A stretch of DNA of 32,000 nt from Planctomycetales bacterium. Lineage in GTDB: Bacteria; 4484-113; JAFGCY01. Positions 1 to 7,268 of this stretch are shown here, piece by piece. The notes beneath the pieces were generated by a model. The model was not told the origin of the DNA, did no database searches, and saw nothing but the letters and a program-made list of their open reading frames with translations. The stretch covers positions 570,001 to 602,000 of the forward strand of contig CP060262.1 in NCBI GenBank assembly GCA_022646745.1. Reading direction: 5' to 3'. Each line of letters begins with the position of its first letter. The stretch's first letter is position 1. Made by a program: the position numbers and the translations under genes.

Positions 1-512
1 ACTTCATAGTGAAGTGCAAGCTCGATGCCGAGCAGATCTATATTGATAATGACGCCCCCTGGATGGTGCTGCGCGTGGCCCAGCCGATGGAATACCTGCG
101 CGAATTCAACCAGTTCGGTGTCGGCATCAAGTTCGGCGAGATGGGGCAGGCACACCACTGGATTGCCAGCTCCGACTACGCCGCCGTGGTTGCCAGGGCC
201 CATCGCGGCGAATTCGACCCCAACCAGGTGCTGTACCCCAAGGGGCCTGAGCCCTACACCTTCGACCGGGCGATGGGCACCTACCTGCTGAACGTGCACA
301 ACCGCGCCAACATGATCAAGCTGCCGCGCGGTGTGCTGAGCGTTGCCAAGAAGCTATTCCCGCGGCCGCACCTGCAGTACTACGAGGCCATGATGCAGCT
401 GCTTAATGATGCGCCGGAAGGCTCGCACCGCATCAAGGGCCACGATGAGCAGGTGCGCGGCCGTACCACGCTGATGCAGTGGTGCGCCCAGCAGTCGGAA
501 CTGCGCCAGTAG
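1..512 (+). CDS. hypothetical protein, C-terminal part (ORF open to the window edge)
   Basis: This frame has no stop back to position 3, and the first listed start is GTG at 9. Third codon positions are GC-rich like neighbouring genes. I recognise no family. Confidence 0.55.
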   Translation, partial: FIVKCKLDAEQIYIDNDAPWMVLRVAQPMEYLREFNQFGVGIKFGEMGQAHHWIASSDYAAVVARAHRGEFDPNQVLYPKGPEPYTFDRAMGTYLLNVHNRANMIKLPRGVLSVAKKLFPRPHLQYYEAMMQLLNDAPEGSHRIKGHDEQVRGRTTLMQWCAQQSELRQ

Positions 513-516
513 CCAC

Positions 517-939
517 TCAGCCCGCCTGCTTCCGTCCCCTTGCAAGCAAGGCATCAATGCTTAGCGGACCAGGTCCCGCTGCCGAGATGTACAGCCAGAC
601 GAAGCAGAACAGCACCGCCGGCGTACCGCCGTTGCCACTCGGCCAGAACCCGCCCGGCGCGTGGAACTGGAAGTATGCAACTGCCATCATCCCCGAGAGG
701 AGGAATGCCACGGGACGGGTACACAGGCCGAGCAGCAGCAGGCTGCCACCAAGCAGCTCCAGCACGCCACCGACCCAGGCCTGTGACATGAAACTGATCG
801 TCACCCCGTCCGGCAGGGGCACCGGCCAGTTGAACAGCTTGCTCGCGCCACTCGGGATGAATACGAAGGCCGCAATGATCCGCATGATGCTCAGGAACAT
901 CGGTGTCCAGGATTGCCATTTTCCCGCTAACTGCTGCAT
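517..939 (-). CDS. DoxX family membrane protein
   Basis: 140 aa with about 4 hydrophobic helices. The N-terminal MRIIAAFVFIPSGASKLF motif is typical of DoxX. GGAGG lies 6-7 nt upstream of the ATG at 939. Confidence 0.88.
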   Translation of the reverse strand: MQQLAGKWQSWTPMFLSIMRIIAAFVFIPSGASKLFNWPVPLPDGVTISFMSQAWVGGVLELLGGSLLLLGLCTRPVAFLLSGMMAVAYFQFHAPGGFWPSGNGGTPAVLFCFVWLYISAAGPGPLSIDALLARGRKQAG

Positions 940-985
940 GTTGCTTCCTCCCGTTGCTTCTACCAGTTACCTGGCGACCTGATCA

Positions 986-1459
986 TCAGCCATTCCAGGC
1001 TGCCATCAGCACATTGATGTCAAGCTTGACCATCGGCATCATCGCTGCCATCCATCGCTCACGCTGCTCCTCGGTCCCGTTGGCAAACATCTCACCGAAC
1101 CCGGCCGGGGAGACCTGCCAGGATACACCGAAGCGGTCCTTCAGCCAGCCGCACTGCACCGGCTGACCTCCACCAGACAGCAGCTTATCCCAGAATTCGT
1201 CGATTTCAGCCTGGTTCGCACAGGGGCAGACCAGGGAGATTGATTCATTGAACTGGAACAACGGGCCGCCGTTGAGCAGCATTAATCGCACTCCGCGGAT
1301 TTCAATGTCGACAGTCAGCACGGTGCTGGCAGGCATCGGCATGTCCTTCGAGTAGTGCGTGACATTGAGGATGCGCGAATCCGGGAAGATCCCGGTGTAG
1401 AACTCCGCCGCTTCCAGTGCATTATTGTCAAACCACAGGCAGGGATGGATCGATTCCAT
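986..1459 (-). CDS. VOC/glyoxalase-superfamily protein, PhnB-like (3-demethylubiquinone-9 3-methyltransferase domain type)
   Basis: Hallmark N-terminus IHPCLWFDNNALEAAEFYTGIFPDS and C-terminal DRFGVSWQV. GGAGA (1466-1470) abuts the first ATG (1465) but lies 6 nt from the second ATG (1459), so I chose 1459. Confidence 0.88.
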   Translation of the reverse strand: MESIHPCLWFDNNALEAAEFYTGIFPDSRILNVTHYSKDMPMPASTVLTVDIEIRGVRLMLLNGGPLFQFNESISLVCPCANQAEIDEFWDKLLSGGGQPVQCGWLKDRFGVSWQVSPAGFGEMFANGTEEQRERWMAAMMPMVKLDINVLMAAWNG

Positions 1460-1489
1460 TGTCATTCTCCTTGTCCTCTATTCCCGAGC

Positions 1490-2494
1490 TCAGGCCTCAC
1501 CGGCCGACTGGAGCCTGGCCAGCAGGCGATCCAGCGCTTCATGGCTCTGGCGCATTCCGCCCTCCATACCGCTGTTCAGGTGCGCATCGCGTGCCTCCTT
1601 CGAGCGGTGGCGGATTGTCAGCAGCAGGCGTGTGCCACCCTCAACCGGATGGAACTCCGCAGTTTCCAGGGACTCCGCTCCCTCCACCTGCTCATACACG
1701 AAGGTCTGCACACAGCGCACACCAGATTCCAGCTCGAGGTACTCCCCGTGGAAGCCATGTTCGCTGCCATCCGGCGCAGACAGCACGATCCGCCACTTGC
1801 CGCCGACCACCGGGTCGGCCTCGCACAGCTTGGTTGCCAGCTGTTCACAGCCACCCCACCAGTTGCGCAGGTGCTCCTGGCGGGTGCAGGCCTCAAACAG
1901 CAGGCCAGGCGGTGCCTTGAACGTGCGCATCACGAGGATCTCGGTATCGGACGGCGTTGCCATCAGGAAGCCGCCCTGCCGGTCCGCCTGCCTGGCCATT
2001 GCATGCTCGCCCCAGCGGCGGATGCACTGCAGGGCCCCTTCCAGCACGCCGTACTTTTCGATCAGCTCCCGCAGGAACTCGTTGGAACTGAAGGACATGC
2101 TCATGTTCACAAGCGTGCCGCCTTCCTTCGGCTCCATGCTGAACACACTGCGATGGTGCACCGGTTCATTGCCTTCACTGGCAACATGGTGGAAACGCAG
2201 CAGCCTGTTGGCAACGATCTCGTCGAACACGATGTGGTTCGGGTAGTCGGTGCCGTCCGGCCCGTGCATGGTGTGCTTCCAGGTCCCACCCACCTTGAGC
2301 TCATGTTCATGGGTAGTGGTGGTGAAACCATCCGGCCCCCACCACAGGTGCACCTGGCCGGGGTCCGTGATCGCCTGCCAGACCAGCTCCGGCGGTGCGG
2401 CGAACTGCCGGCTGACGCTGACCTCGCGGTCACGTTCCAAAGCGCGCTTCTTCTCCGCGGCGAACTGCACCGCGGCGATTTCCCTGATTTCCAT
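1490..2494 (-). CDS. SRPBCC/AHSA1 (activator of Hsp90 ATPase homolog 1-like) protein with two tandem domains
   Basis: 334 aa. The first half carries PELVWQAITDPGQVHLWWGP, and the second half has a similar START-like pattern (FEACTRQEHLRNWWG). GGAGG SD upstream. Confidence 0.88.
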   Translation of the reverse strand: MEIREIAAVQFAAEKKRALERDREVSVSRQFAAPPELVWQAITDPGQVHLWWGPDGFTTTTHEHELKVGGTWKHTMHGPDGTDYPNHIVFDEIVANRLLRFHHVASEGNEPVHHRSVFSMEPKEGGTLVNMSMSFSSNEFLRELIEKYGVLEGALQCIRRWGEHAMARQADRQGGFLMATPSDTEILVMRTFKAPPGLLFEACTRQEHLRNWWGGCEQLATKLCEADPVVGGKWRIVLSAPDGSEHGFHGEYLELESGVRCVQTFVYEQVEGAESLETAEFHPVEGGTRLLLTIRHRSKEARDAHLNSGMEGGMRQSHEALDRLLARLQSAGEA

Positions 2495-2532
2495 TTCCGC
2501 CTCCGAATTATTACTCAGTAGCCGCCCGCGGC

Positions 2533-3060
2533 TTACTTCACGCGGTGGTACTCAGCCACATTGAATTCCTGCCAGCTGCCGTCTTCAGCCTGCATTGCAC
2601 TGCGCAGGCGGCGGAAGTCGTCACTGACATATTCGATGGTATCCCTGTACATCCTCGTGCTGTTGCCACCGCTGAAATCAGGCCCTTCCGCAACGAGGTG
2701 CAGGCTGTTGCCATCTTCGCTGAGCTGACCTTCATAGACCCAGTGCAGCAGCATCATGGTTCCGATCCAGCTGCCGACGAACTTCCCCCTGGCCGGGTCA
2801 TAGCCCACCGTCATGCGCATCTTCGCAGACCCTCCGTCCGGCATCTCACCCTGGCCGTCGGCAACGAACCAGATATCTCCCAGCATACTGACACTCTCGC
2901 TGCCCTGCGTGACATGCTCGCTGCCATCCGGATTCTGCATCCTTGCCGTGAAGGACCAGTCGCCCACGAAGCGAGCCAGCCACCTGTGCTGCTCCAGCTC
3001 CTCAACGTTCATGCATTCAGGCATGCCGCTATCAGTCTGTCCCTGTGCGTTGTCACTCAT
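2533..3060 (-). CDS. DUF1579 family protein
   Basis: 175 aa. The pattern LARFVGDWSF...GDIWFVADGQGEMPDGG...TVGYDPARGKFVGSWI matches my recollection of DUF1579. GGAGA lies 5 nt upstream of the ATG. Confidence 0.8.
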   Translation of the reverse strand: MSDNAQGQTDSGMPECMNVEELEQHRWLARFVGDWSFTARMQNPDGSEHVTQGSESVSMLGDIWFVADGQGEMPDGGSAKMRMTVGYDPARGKFVGSWIGTMMLLHWVYEGQLSEDGNSLHLVAEGPDFSGGNSTRMYRDTIEYVSDDFRRLRSAMQAEDGSWQEFNVAEYHRVK

Positions 3061-3114
3061 GAATGTCTCCTTGATAAGTCCGTGGATTTCCTGGAACCGT
3101 AACTCCGCTCAAGC

Positions 3115-3849
3115 TTATCCGTATGTGGGTTTCTGCGGATAACCTGCCGGTGAATCCTCAAAGTCCTCCTGCCGGCCCCAGGGAGTGATGTCGAGGATCG
3201 CATAGCTGTCCGTCAGGCTCTCCACACCACGCGCCCAGGTGGAGTAGGTGTGGTAAATGTCGTTGCCAATGCGGAAGAACACGCTGGCACCGGGGATCTC
3301 TCCTGACTGCGGCACCTTGCGGCCAAGTTCCTCCAGCTCCTGCCTGCTGCGGAAGTTGCCAAGGAAAGGGGCACGCGATTCATCTATACTGGCGTGGAAG
3401 TCATAGTTGAAATCCGAATCATGGGAGCTGTACCATGGAATGTCCCAGCCCTTCTCGTTGCGGTAGCCGGCAAGTTTTTCGAATGGAGCCCGAGAGACCA
3501 ACACAAAGCGTGTGTTCCGATCAGCCAGCATTGATATGTCACCGATCTCATCCACCAGGCCAGTGCAGCCCGGGCAACCCTTCTCCCAGGATGGATCGAA
3601 CATGAAGTGGTATACGACAAGCTGGCGCTGGCCCGCGAACAGTTCCAGCAGGCCTTGCTCTCCATCCTCTCCCTGGAAGCTGTACTGCTTGTCCAGCTTC
3701 ACCATCGGCAGCCGGCGGCGCTTCGCATTGACGGCGTCCCGCAGCCGGGTGGCGGCCTTCTCCTCCCCGAGCAGCTCCCGGCGCATTGCCAGCCACTGCT
3801 CCCTTCCAACGATTGGCGGATGTCCCTCCGCCTGCTTTTCCTGGTCCAT
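3115..3849 (-). CDS. DUF899 thioredoxin-like protein
   Basis: Contains the [23 protein letters not shown] and GCPGCT motifs and a C-terminal [14 protein letters not shown] (3856-3860) abuts the first ATG (3855) and lies 6 nt from the ATG at 3849, which I chose. Confidence 0.9.
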   Translation of the reverse strand: MDQEKQAEGHPPIVGREQWLAMRRELLGEEKAATRLRDAVNAKRRRLPMVKLDKQYSFQGEDGEQGLLELFAGQRQLVVYHFMFDPSWEKGCPGCTGLVDEIGDISMLADRNTRFVLVSRAPFEKLAGYRNEKGWDIPWYSSHDSDFNYDFHASIDESRAPFLGNFRSRQELEELGRKVPQSGEIPGASVFFRIGNDIYHTYSTWARGVESLTDSYAILDITPWGRQEDFEDSPAGYPQKPTYG

Positions 3850-3885
3850 TCCCATCTCCTTTCCGCCGTTATGGCAATCTCAGTT

Positions 3886-4359
3886 TCAGTTCGCGGCGAC
3901 ATAACTTTCCAGCGCATCAAACACCGCTGACCAGCCGCCGTTGTGGCCATCGCGCTGGGCGGCTTCAAGGAAGGGCCACTGCCGGAAGGTCATCCGTGTG
4001 CGCCCACCGGGCAGTCCGTCGAAACGAATACTCACCTGCATTTCGTTGTCAGGCTGCCCTGCCTTCTCATCCCACTGGAATGTGAACTCCAGCCGCGAAG
4101 GTGGGTCCAGCAGTGTGTATGACCCGCCCTGCCAGTACTCAGATCCCGTCGGCGACAGCAGGCACATCCGCCAGCGACCGCCCTCGCGGAAGTCCACCCT
4201 GCAGTAAGGCGTAGTGAAGTAGTGCCCCTGTTCACTGGGCGTCCACCAGTGCACCAGATGCTCCTCGCTGCCGAACAGCTCAAACAGCTTCTCCGGAGTC
4301 GCATCGAATTCCCGCACGATTTCCAGCGTCAGCACGCCGGCCCCTGAATCACTCATCAT
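3886..4359 (-). CDS. SRPBCC/AHSA1 domain protein
   Basis: 157 aa with PEKLFELFGSEEHLVHWWTP and a C-terminal GHNGGWSAVFDAL. The start overlaps the arsR-family stop, consistent with translational coupling. Confidence 0.88.
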   Translation of the reverse strand: MMSDSGAGVLTLEIVREFDATPEKLFELFGSEEHLVHWWTPSEQGHYFTTPYCRVDFREGGRWRMCLLSPTGSEYWQGGSYTLLDPPSRLEFTFQWDEKAGQPDNEMQVSIRFDGLPGGRTRMTFRQWPFLEAAQRDGHNGGWSAVFDALESYVAAN

Positions 4360-4708
4360 CCGCCTCCTTGTCCTGGTCCAGCTTCTGCTTCTGCAGTTCC
4401 TTCAGGTAGGCATCCAGCCTGTCAAAGCTCTGCTCCCAGAACCGGCGGTATTCCCCGACCCAGTCCGCCACTTCCCTGAGCGGTTCCGCACTGATCCGGC
4501 AGGGCCGCCACTGGGCATTGCGCCCCCGCTCAATCAGCCCGGCTTCCTCCAGCACCTTCAGGTGCCGCGAGATGGCCGGCTGGCTGATCCGAAACGGCTT
4601 CGCCAGTTCGGAGACCGAAGCTTCGCCCCTGCTCAAGCGGTCGAGGATAGCCCGGCGGGTGGGATCCGCCAGTGCTGAGAAGGTCCTGCTGAGCTGGTCA
4701 TTACTCAT
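4349..4708 (-). CDS. ArsR/SmtB family transcriptional regulator
   Basis: Canonical winged-helix signature FSALADPTRRAILDRL...SVSELAKPFRISQPAISRHLKVLEEAGLI. It is the first gene of the minus-strand operon. Confidence 0.93.
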   Translation of the reverse strand: MSNDQLSRTFSALADPTRRAILDRLSRGEASVSELAKPFRISQPAISRHLKVLEEAGLIERGRNAQWRPCRISAEPLREVADWVGEYRRFWEQSFDRLDAYLKELQKQKLDQDKEADDE

Positions 4709-4741
4709 ATAACGTTTTAGTTATATAACAATATTGTTATA
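4707..4741. promoter_or_regulatory. Candidate ArsR operator(s) in the divergent promoter region
   Basis: Perfect 18-bp palindrome TATAACAATATTGTTATA at 4724-4741. It overlaps an inverted repeat ATATAAC-N6-GTTATAT at 4707-4726. Both sit in the AT-rich gap between the arsR-family gene and the methyltransferase gene. Confidence 0.55.
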
Positions 4742-4845
4742 CAACATCAATCCTGCTCTGTCAAGGAATACACTGTCTCAATTCAGTCTTCAACTGCTCA
4801 AGAACCAGGGATGCCGGCCGATGAATGCAGCGGAGGCACCAGACC

Positions 4846-5478
4846 ATGGACCAACCGGCCGTTTCCCTGTTTGGCCAGAAGCTGCAGCCCAGCCTCGAGC
4901 AGCTGCACCGCTACTGGATCGAGAATTACCGCCAGCCCGGCACGGGCGATGCTGCCGTGCGCAACAGCGCTATGATGCTGGAGCGGATGATCGATAAGCT
5001 GGGCTGCCATGATCCATATGTGCTGGAGATCGGCTGCGCAGCCGGGCATAACCTGCAACACCTGCAGGCGCTCGGGATGCATCGCCTGAGCGGGATCGAG
5101 ATCAATCCGGATGCCGTGGCCCGCCTGCAGCAGGACCTGCCGGAGCTGTTTGCGGAAGCACGGATCTACAACCTGCCGGTTGAGGATGTGATGGGCCTGT
5201 TCGGCGACGGCGAGTTCGATGTGGTCTGCAGTGTGAATGTGCTCAGCCACATCCACCCGGACAGTGAATGGGTGTTCAGCGAACTCGCGCGCGTGGCGAC
5301 CAGCGGACTTGTGCTTGTTGAAGATGAACACAGCCGCTCAATGTGGGACTTCCCGCGCAACTATCGGCGGATCTTCGAAGGTTTCGGTATGGCACAGCTG
5401 CATGAGGAGGCCTGCCCGGCCAAGGACGGAGCAGCCGAAAGCATGCTGCGGGTGTTCAGCCGCCAGGTCGCCCGATAA
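4846..5478 (+). CDS. class I SAM-dependent methyltransferase
   Basis: Motif I VLEIGCAAGHN, an acidic loop GIEINPDA, and motif-IV-like DVVCSVNVLSHI. GGAGG (4832-4836) lies 9 nt before the ATG at 4846. The longer ORF from 4825 has no RBS. Confidence 0.85.
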   Translation: MDQPAVSLFGQKLQPSLEQLHRYWIENYRQPGTGDAAVRNSAMMLERMIDKLGCHDPYVLEIGCAAGHNLQHLQALGMHRLSGIEINPDAVARLQQDLPELFAEARIYNLPVEDVMGLFGDGEFDVVCSVNVLSHIHPDSEWVFSELARVATSGLVLVEDEHSRSMWDFPRNYRRIFEGFGMAQLHEEACPAKDGAAESMLRVFSRQVAR

Positions 5479-5860
5479 GGCTCAGCAGCACCAGCCAGGC
5501 CACCTGGCAGAGTGTGGCGATCGATCCGCAGCCCATGTTGACCCACAGCCGCGTATGCAGCATGCGCGCCAGCAGCGTCGGCGTGGCCACGCTCATGAAC
5601 AGCGCCTGCCCGAGGATCAGCAGCGCTGCAGCTTCATAACGCCCGACTGGCATGTTTGCCAGGTCCATCCCTTCCCAGACGATGAACACACCGAACAGCG
5701 CGATGGCGCAGACTGCTGTCTGGGCCAGCACCAGCAGGCGGATGAAACCAAATTCGCGACGCAGGCGGAAGTGCTTCACCTGCAGCAGGGTGGCGACCGT
5801 CATCGGGATCAGGCTGGAGAATGCGGCCAGCAGCCACTGCAGCAGGGTTTCATTCGACAC
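5456..5860 (-). CDS. hypothetical membrane protein (about 4 TM)
   Basis: 134 aa and hydrophobic. It has a GTG start with no SD. Its last 23 nt overlap the 3' end of the convergent methyltransferase gene. Confidence 0.6.
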   Translation of the reverse strand: MSNETLLQWLLAAFSSLIPMTVATLLQVKHFRLRREFGFIRLLVLAQTAVCAIALFGVFIVWEGMDLANMPVGRYEAAALLILGQALFMSVATPTLLARMLHTRLWVNMGCGSIATLCQVAWLVLLSLIGRPGG

Positions 5861-5866
5861 CGCGGC

Positions 5867-5872
5867 AGTTTA
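5867..5872 (-). promoter_or_regulatory. -10-like hexamer TAAACT, 6 nt upstream of GTG 5860 (leaderless-type arrangement)
   Basis: The minus strand reads TAAACT-GCCGCG-GTG. It fits TANNNT and has the same N6 geometry as six other starts in the window. Confidence 0.35.
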
Positions 5873-5884
5873 GCGCATGCGCAC

Positions 5885-6349
5885 TCAGCCGAGGCGCAGC
5901 AGCAGGTTCCCCACGCCATACTGCACACCGGCCCAGCACAGGGTGATCACCGTGCTTGACGTGATCGAACTGCCGCGCTTCCAGCCGGTGGTGAAGGAGA
6001 TCATCACAGGCGCAATCAAGAGCAGCGGCAGGCTGACCCAGACAAGCGCCAGGTGCAGCATCTCTGGGGAGTTAAGGGGATTTCTCATTACACTGATCGA
6101 AGCGGAGAACAGCAGCACACTCGTCAGCTGGAACAGGGCGAAGCCCAGCCCGCACTGCAGGCTGCGCTTGAAGTCCAACCGGCCCTGTCCCAGCAGGCGT
6201 CCGGCGGGGACGAGGAGCGCTGCGACGAACAGGCAGCTCACGACAAACTGCAACAGCACGACCAGTATGTACTGTCCGATCACGGTCTCAATATAACACG
6301 CCAGCCTGTGCGGCGGCGGGGGTATCATTAAACGTAATGGGGAATTCAC
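5885..6349 (-). CDS. hypothetical membrane protein (about 4 TM)
   Basis: 154 aa and hydrophobic. The start is uncertain. GTG at 6349 would overlap the divergent gene starting at 6337, and ATG at 6328 is an alternative. Confidence 0.55.
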   Translation of the reverse strand: MNSPLRLMIPPPPHRLACYIETVIGQYILVVLLQFVVSCLFVAALLVPAGRLLGQGRLDFKRSLQCGLGFALFQLTSVLLFSASISVMRNPLNSPEMLHLALVWVSLPLLLIAPVMISFTTGWKRGSSITSSTVITLCWAGVQYGVGNLLLRLG

Positions 6350-6861
6350 CCTTCCACATGGAGCACCGTCCGGCGCTGCGACGCAGCGGACCGCTCGGCG
6401 CGCTGATGGACGAGTATGAACGCGCCGCCACCGAACTCAAGGAACGGATCGCGCTGCTTCCCCTTTCGAGCTACACCGAGCTGCTGGCGGAGGGCGTGCA
6501 GCTGCGCGGGCTGGGCAGCATCCGCATCGTGGTGCTGCAGGTGATCGACCGCGGCTTCCACATCGCCAACATGATCCGCCGCCGCTTCGGCATGCAGGAA
6601 TTCCAGCACGGCATGCGAGCGGAAACCCCGGAGCTGGCCTCGATGTCCCTCAATGCGATGCTGGCCTGCACGGAAGGCGCGCTGGAAGGCCACTGGGAGC
6701 TTGACGAGCATGAGCTGGGCACGATCCTGATCAGCGCACCCTGGGGCACGGACTACACGCTGGAGCAGCTGCTGGAGCATGCAATCGTGATCGTGCTGCG
6801 CCAGCGCCGCATCGTTGACCACTACCTCGAGCAGATGCAGGACCGCCGCGCGCGGGACTGA
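6337..6861 (+). CDS. hypothetical protein, possibly a DinB/YfiT-like helical bundle
   Basis: Strong GC3 codon bias in this frame. The C-terminal TLEQLLEHAIVIVLRQRRIVDHY loosely resembles the last helix of DinB-family proteins, so the function call is weak. TATCAT lies 8 nt upstream of the ATG at 6337. Confidence 0.6.
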   Translation: MGNSPFHMEHRPALRRSGPLGALMDEYERAATELKERIALLPLSSYTELLAEGVQLRGLGSIRIVVLQVIDRGFHIANMIRRRFGMQEFQHGMRAETPELASMSLNAMLACTEGALEGHWELDEHELGTILISAPWGTDYTLEQLLEHAIVIVLRQRRIVDHYLEQMQDRRARD

Positions 6862-6873
6862 TCAGCTGCCAGC

Positions 6874-6879
6874 TAGAAT
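6874..6879 (+). promoter_or_regulatory. -10 hexamer TAGAAT, 6 nt upstream of GTG 6886 (leaderless-type)
   Basis: Reads TAGAAT-ATCTCC-GTG with no SD. Confidence 0.45.
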
Positions 6880-6885
6880 ATCTCC

Positions 6886-7239
6886 GTGAAAAATGTCTTC
6901 TTCATCCACTGGGAGCCCGAGGAATGCGAGCAGTTCGCCGCGCAGATCAGCAAATGGGGCTACAACGTGATCAGCGAAAGCGGACAGCAGGCTGAGGCCT
7001 GCCGCCGCGTGAACGAAATGCAGCCGGACTGCGTTGTGATCAGCCTGCGCAAGTATGTCAGCGGCGGGCGTGAGGTCGGGCGCTTCATCGGCACCAACCG
7101 CGCCACTAAGGACATCCCGATCATCTACATGGACGGCCCGCGCGACACGCGGCGCGACCGCATCGCCGAGATCCTGCCGGATGCGAAGTTCAGCGCGATC
7201 CAGGACCTTGAGGCCACGCTCCAAGAATTGCTGGGCTAG
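6886..7239 (+). CDS. receiver (CheY-like) fold protein lacking the phospho-acceptor Asp (pseudo-receiver)
   Basis: 117 aa with an alternating beta/alpha pattern. PDCVVISLRK occupies the position where receivers have PDLVLLDLxMP. TKDIPIIYMDG corresponds to beta4 and AKF to the beta5 Lys. Confidence 0.6.
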   Translation: MKNVFFIHWEPEECEQFAAQISKWGYNVISESGQQAEACRRVNEMQPDCVVISLRKYVSGGREVGRFIGTNRATKDIPIIYMDGPRDTRRDRIAEILPDAKFSAIQDLEATLQELLG

Positions 7240-7268
7240 TCTGGCAATGCACCTGCCTGACAGCTGGC

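Noticed and set aside
1355-2521. Long antisense ORFs opposite well-supported genes. Examples: 1355-2521 (+), 4798-5331 (-), 11543-12307 (+), 16640-17452 (+), 20992-21510 (-), 23541-24815 (+), 30049-30990 (+).
   Set aside because: These are typical shadow ORFs of GC-rich DNA. Their translations are Arg/Ala/Pro/Gly-rich and low-complexity, without motifs. The opposite strand carries recognisable domains, SDs and signal peptides.
4846-5478. The methyltransferase divergent from the ArsR-family gene as an arsenite methyltransferase (ArsM).
   Set aside because: It is too short (210 aa). I do not see the conserved Cys residues expected of ArsM, so it remains a generic class I SAM methyltransferase.
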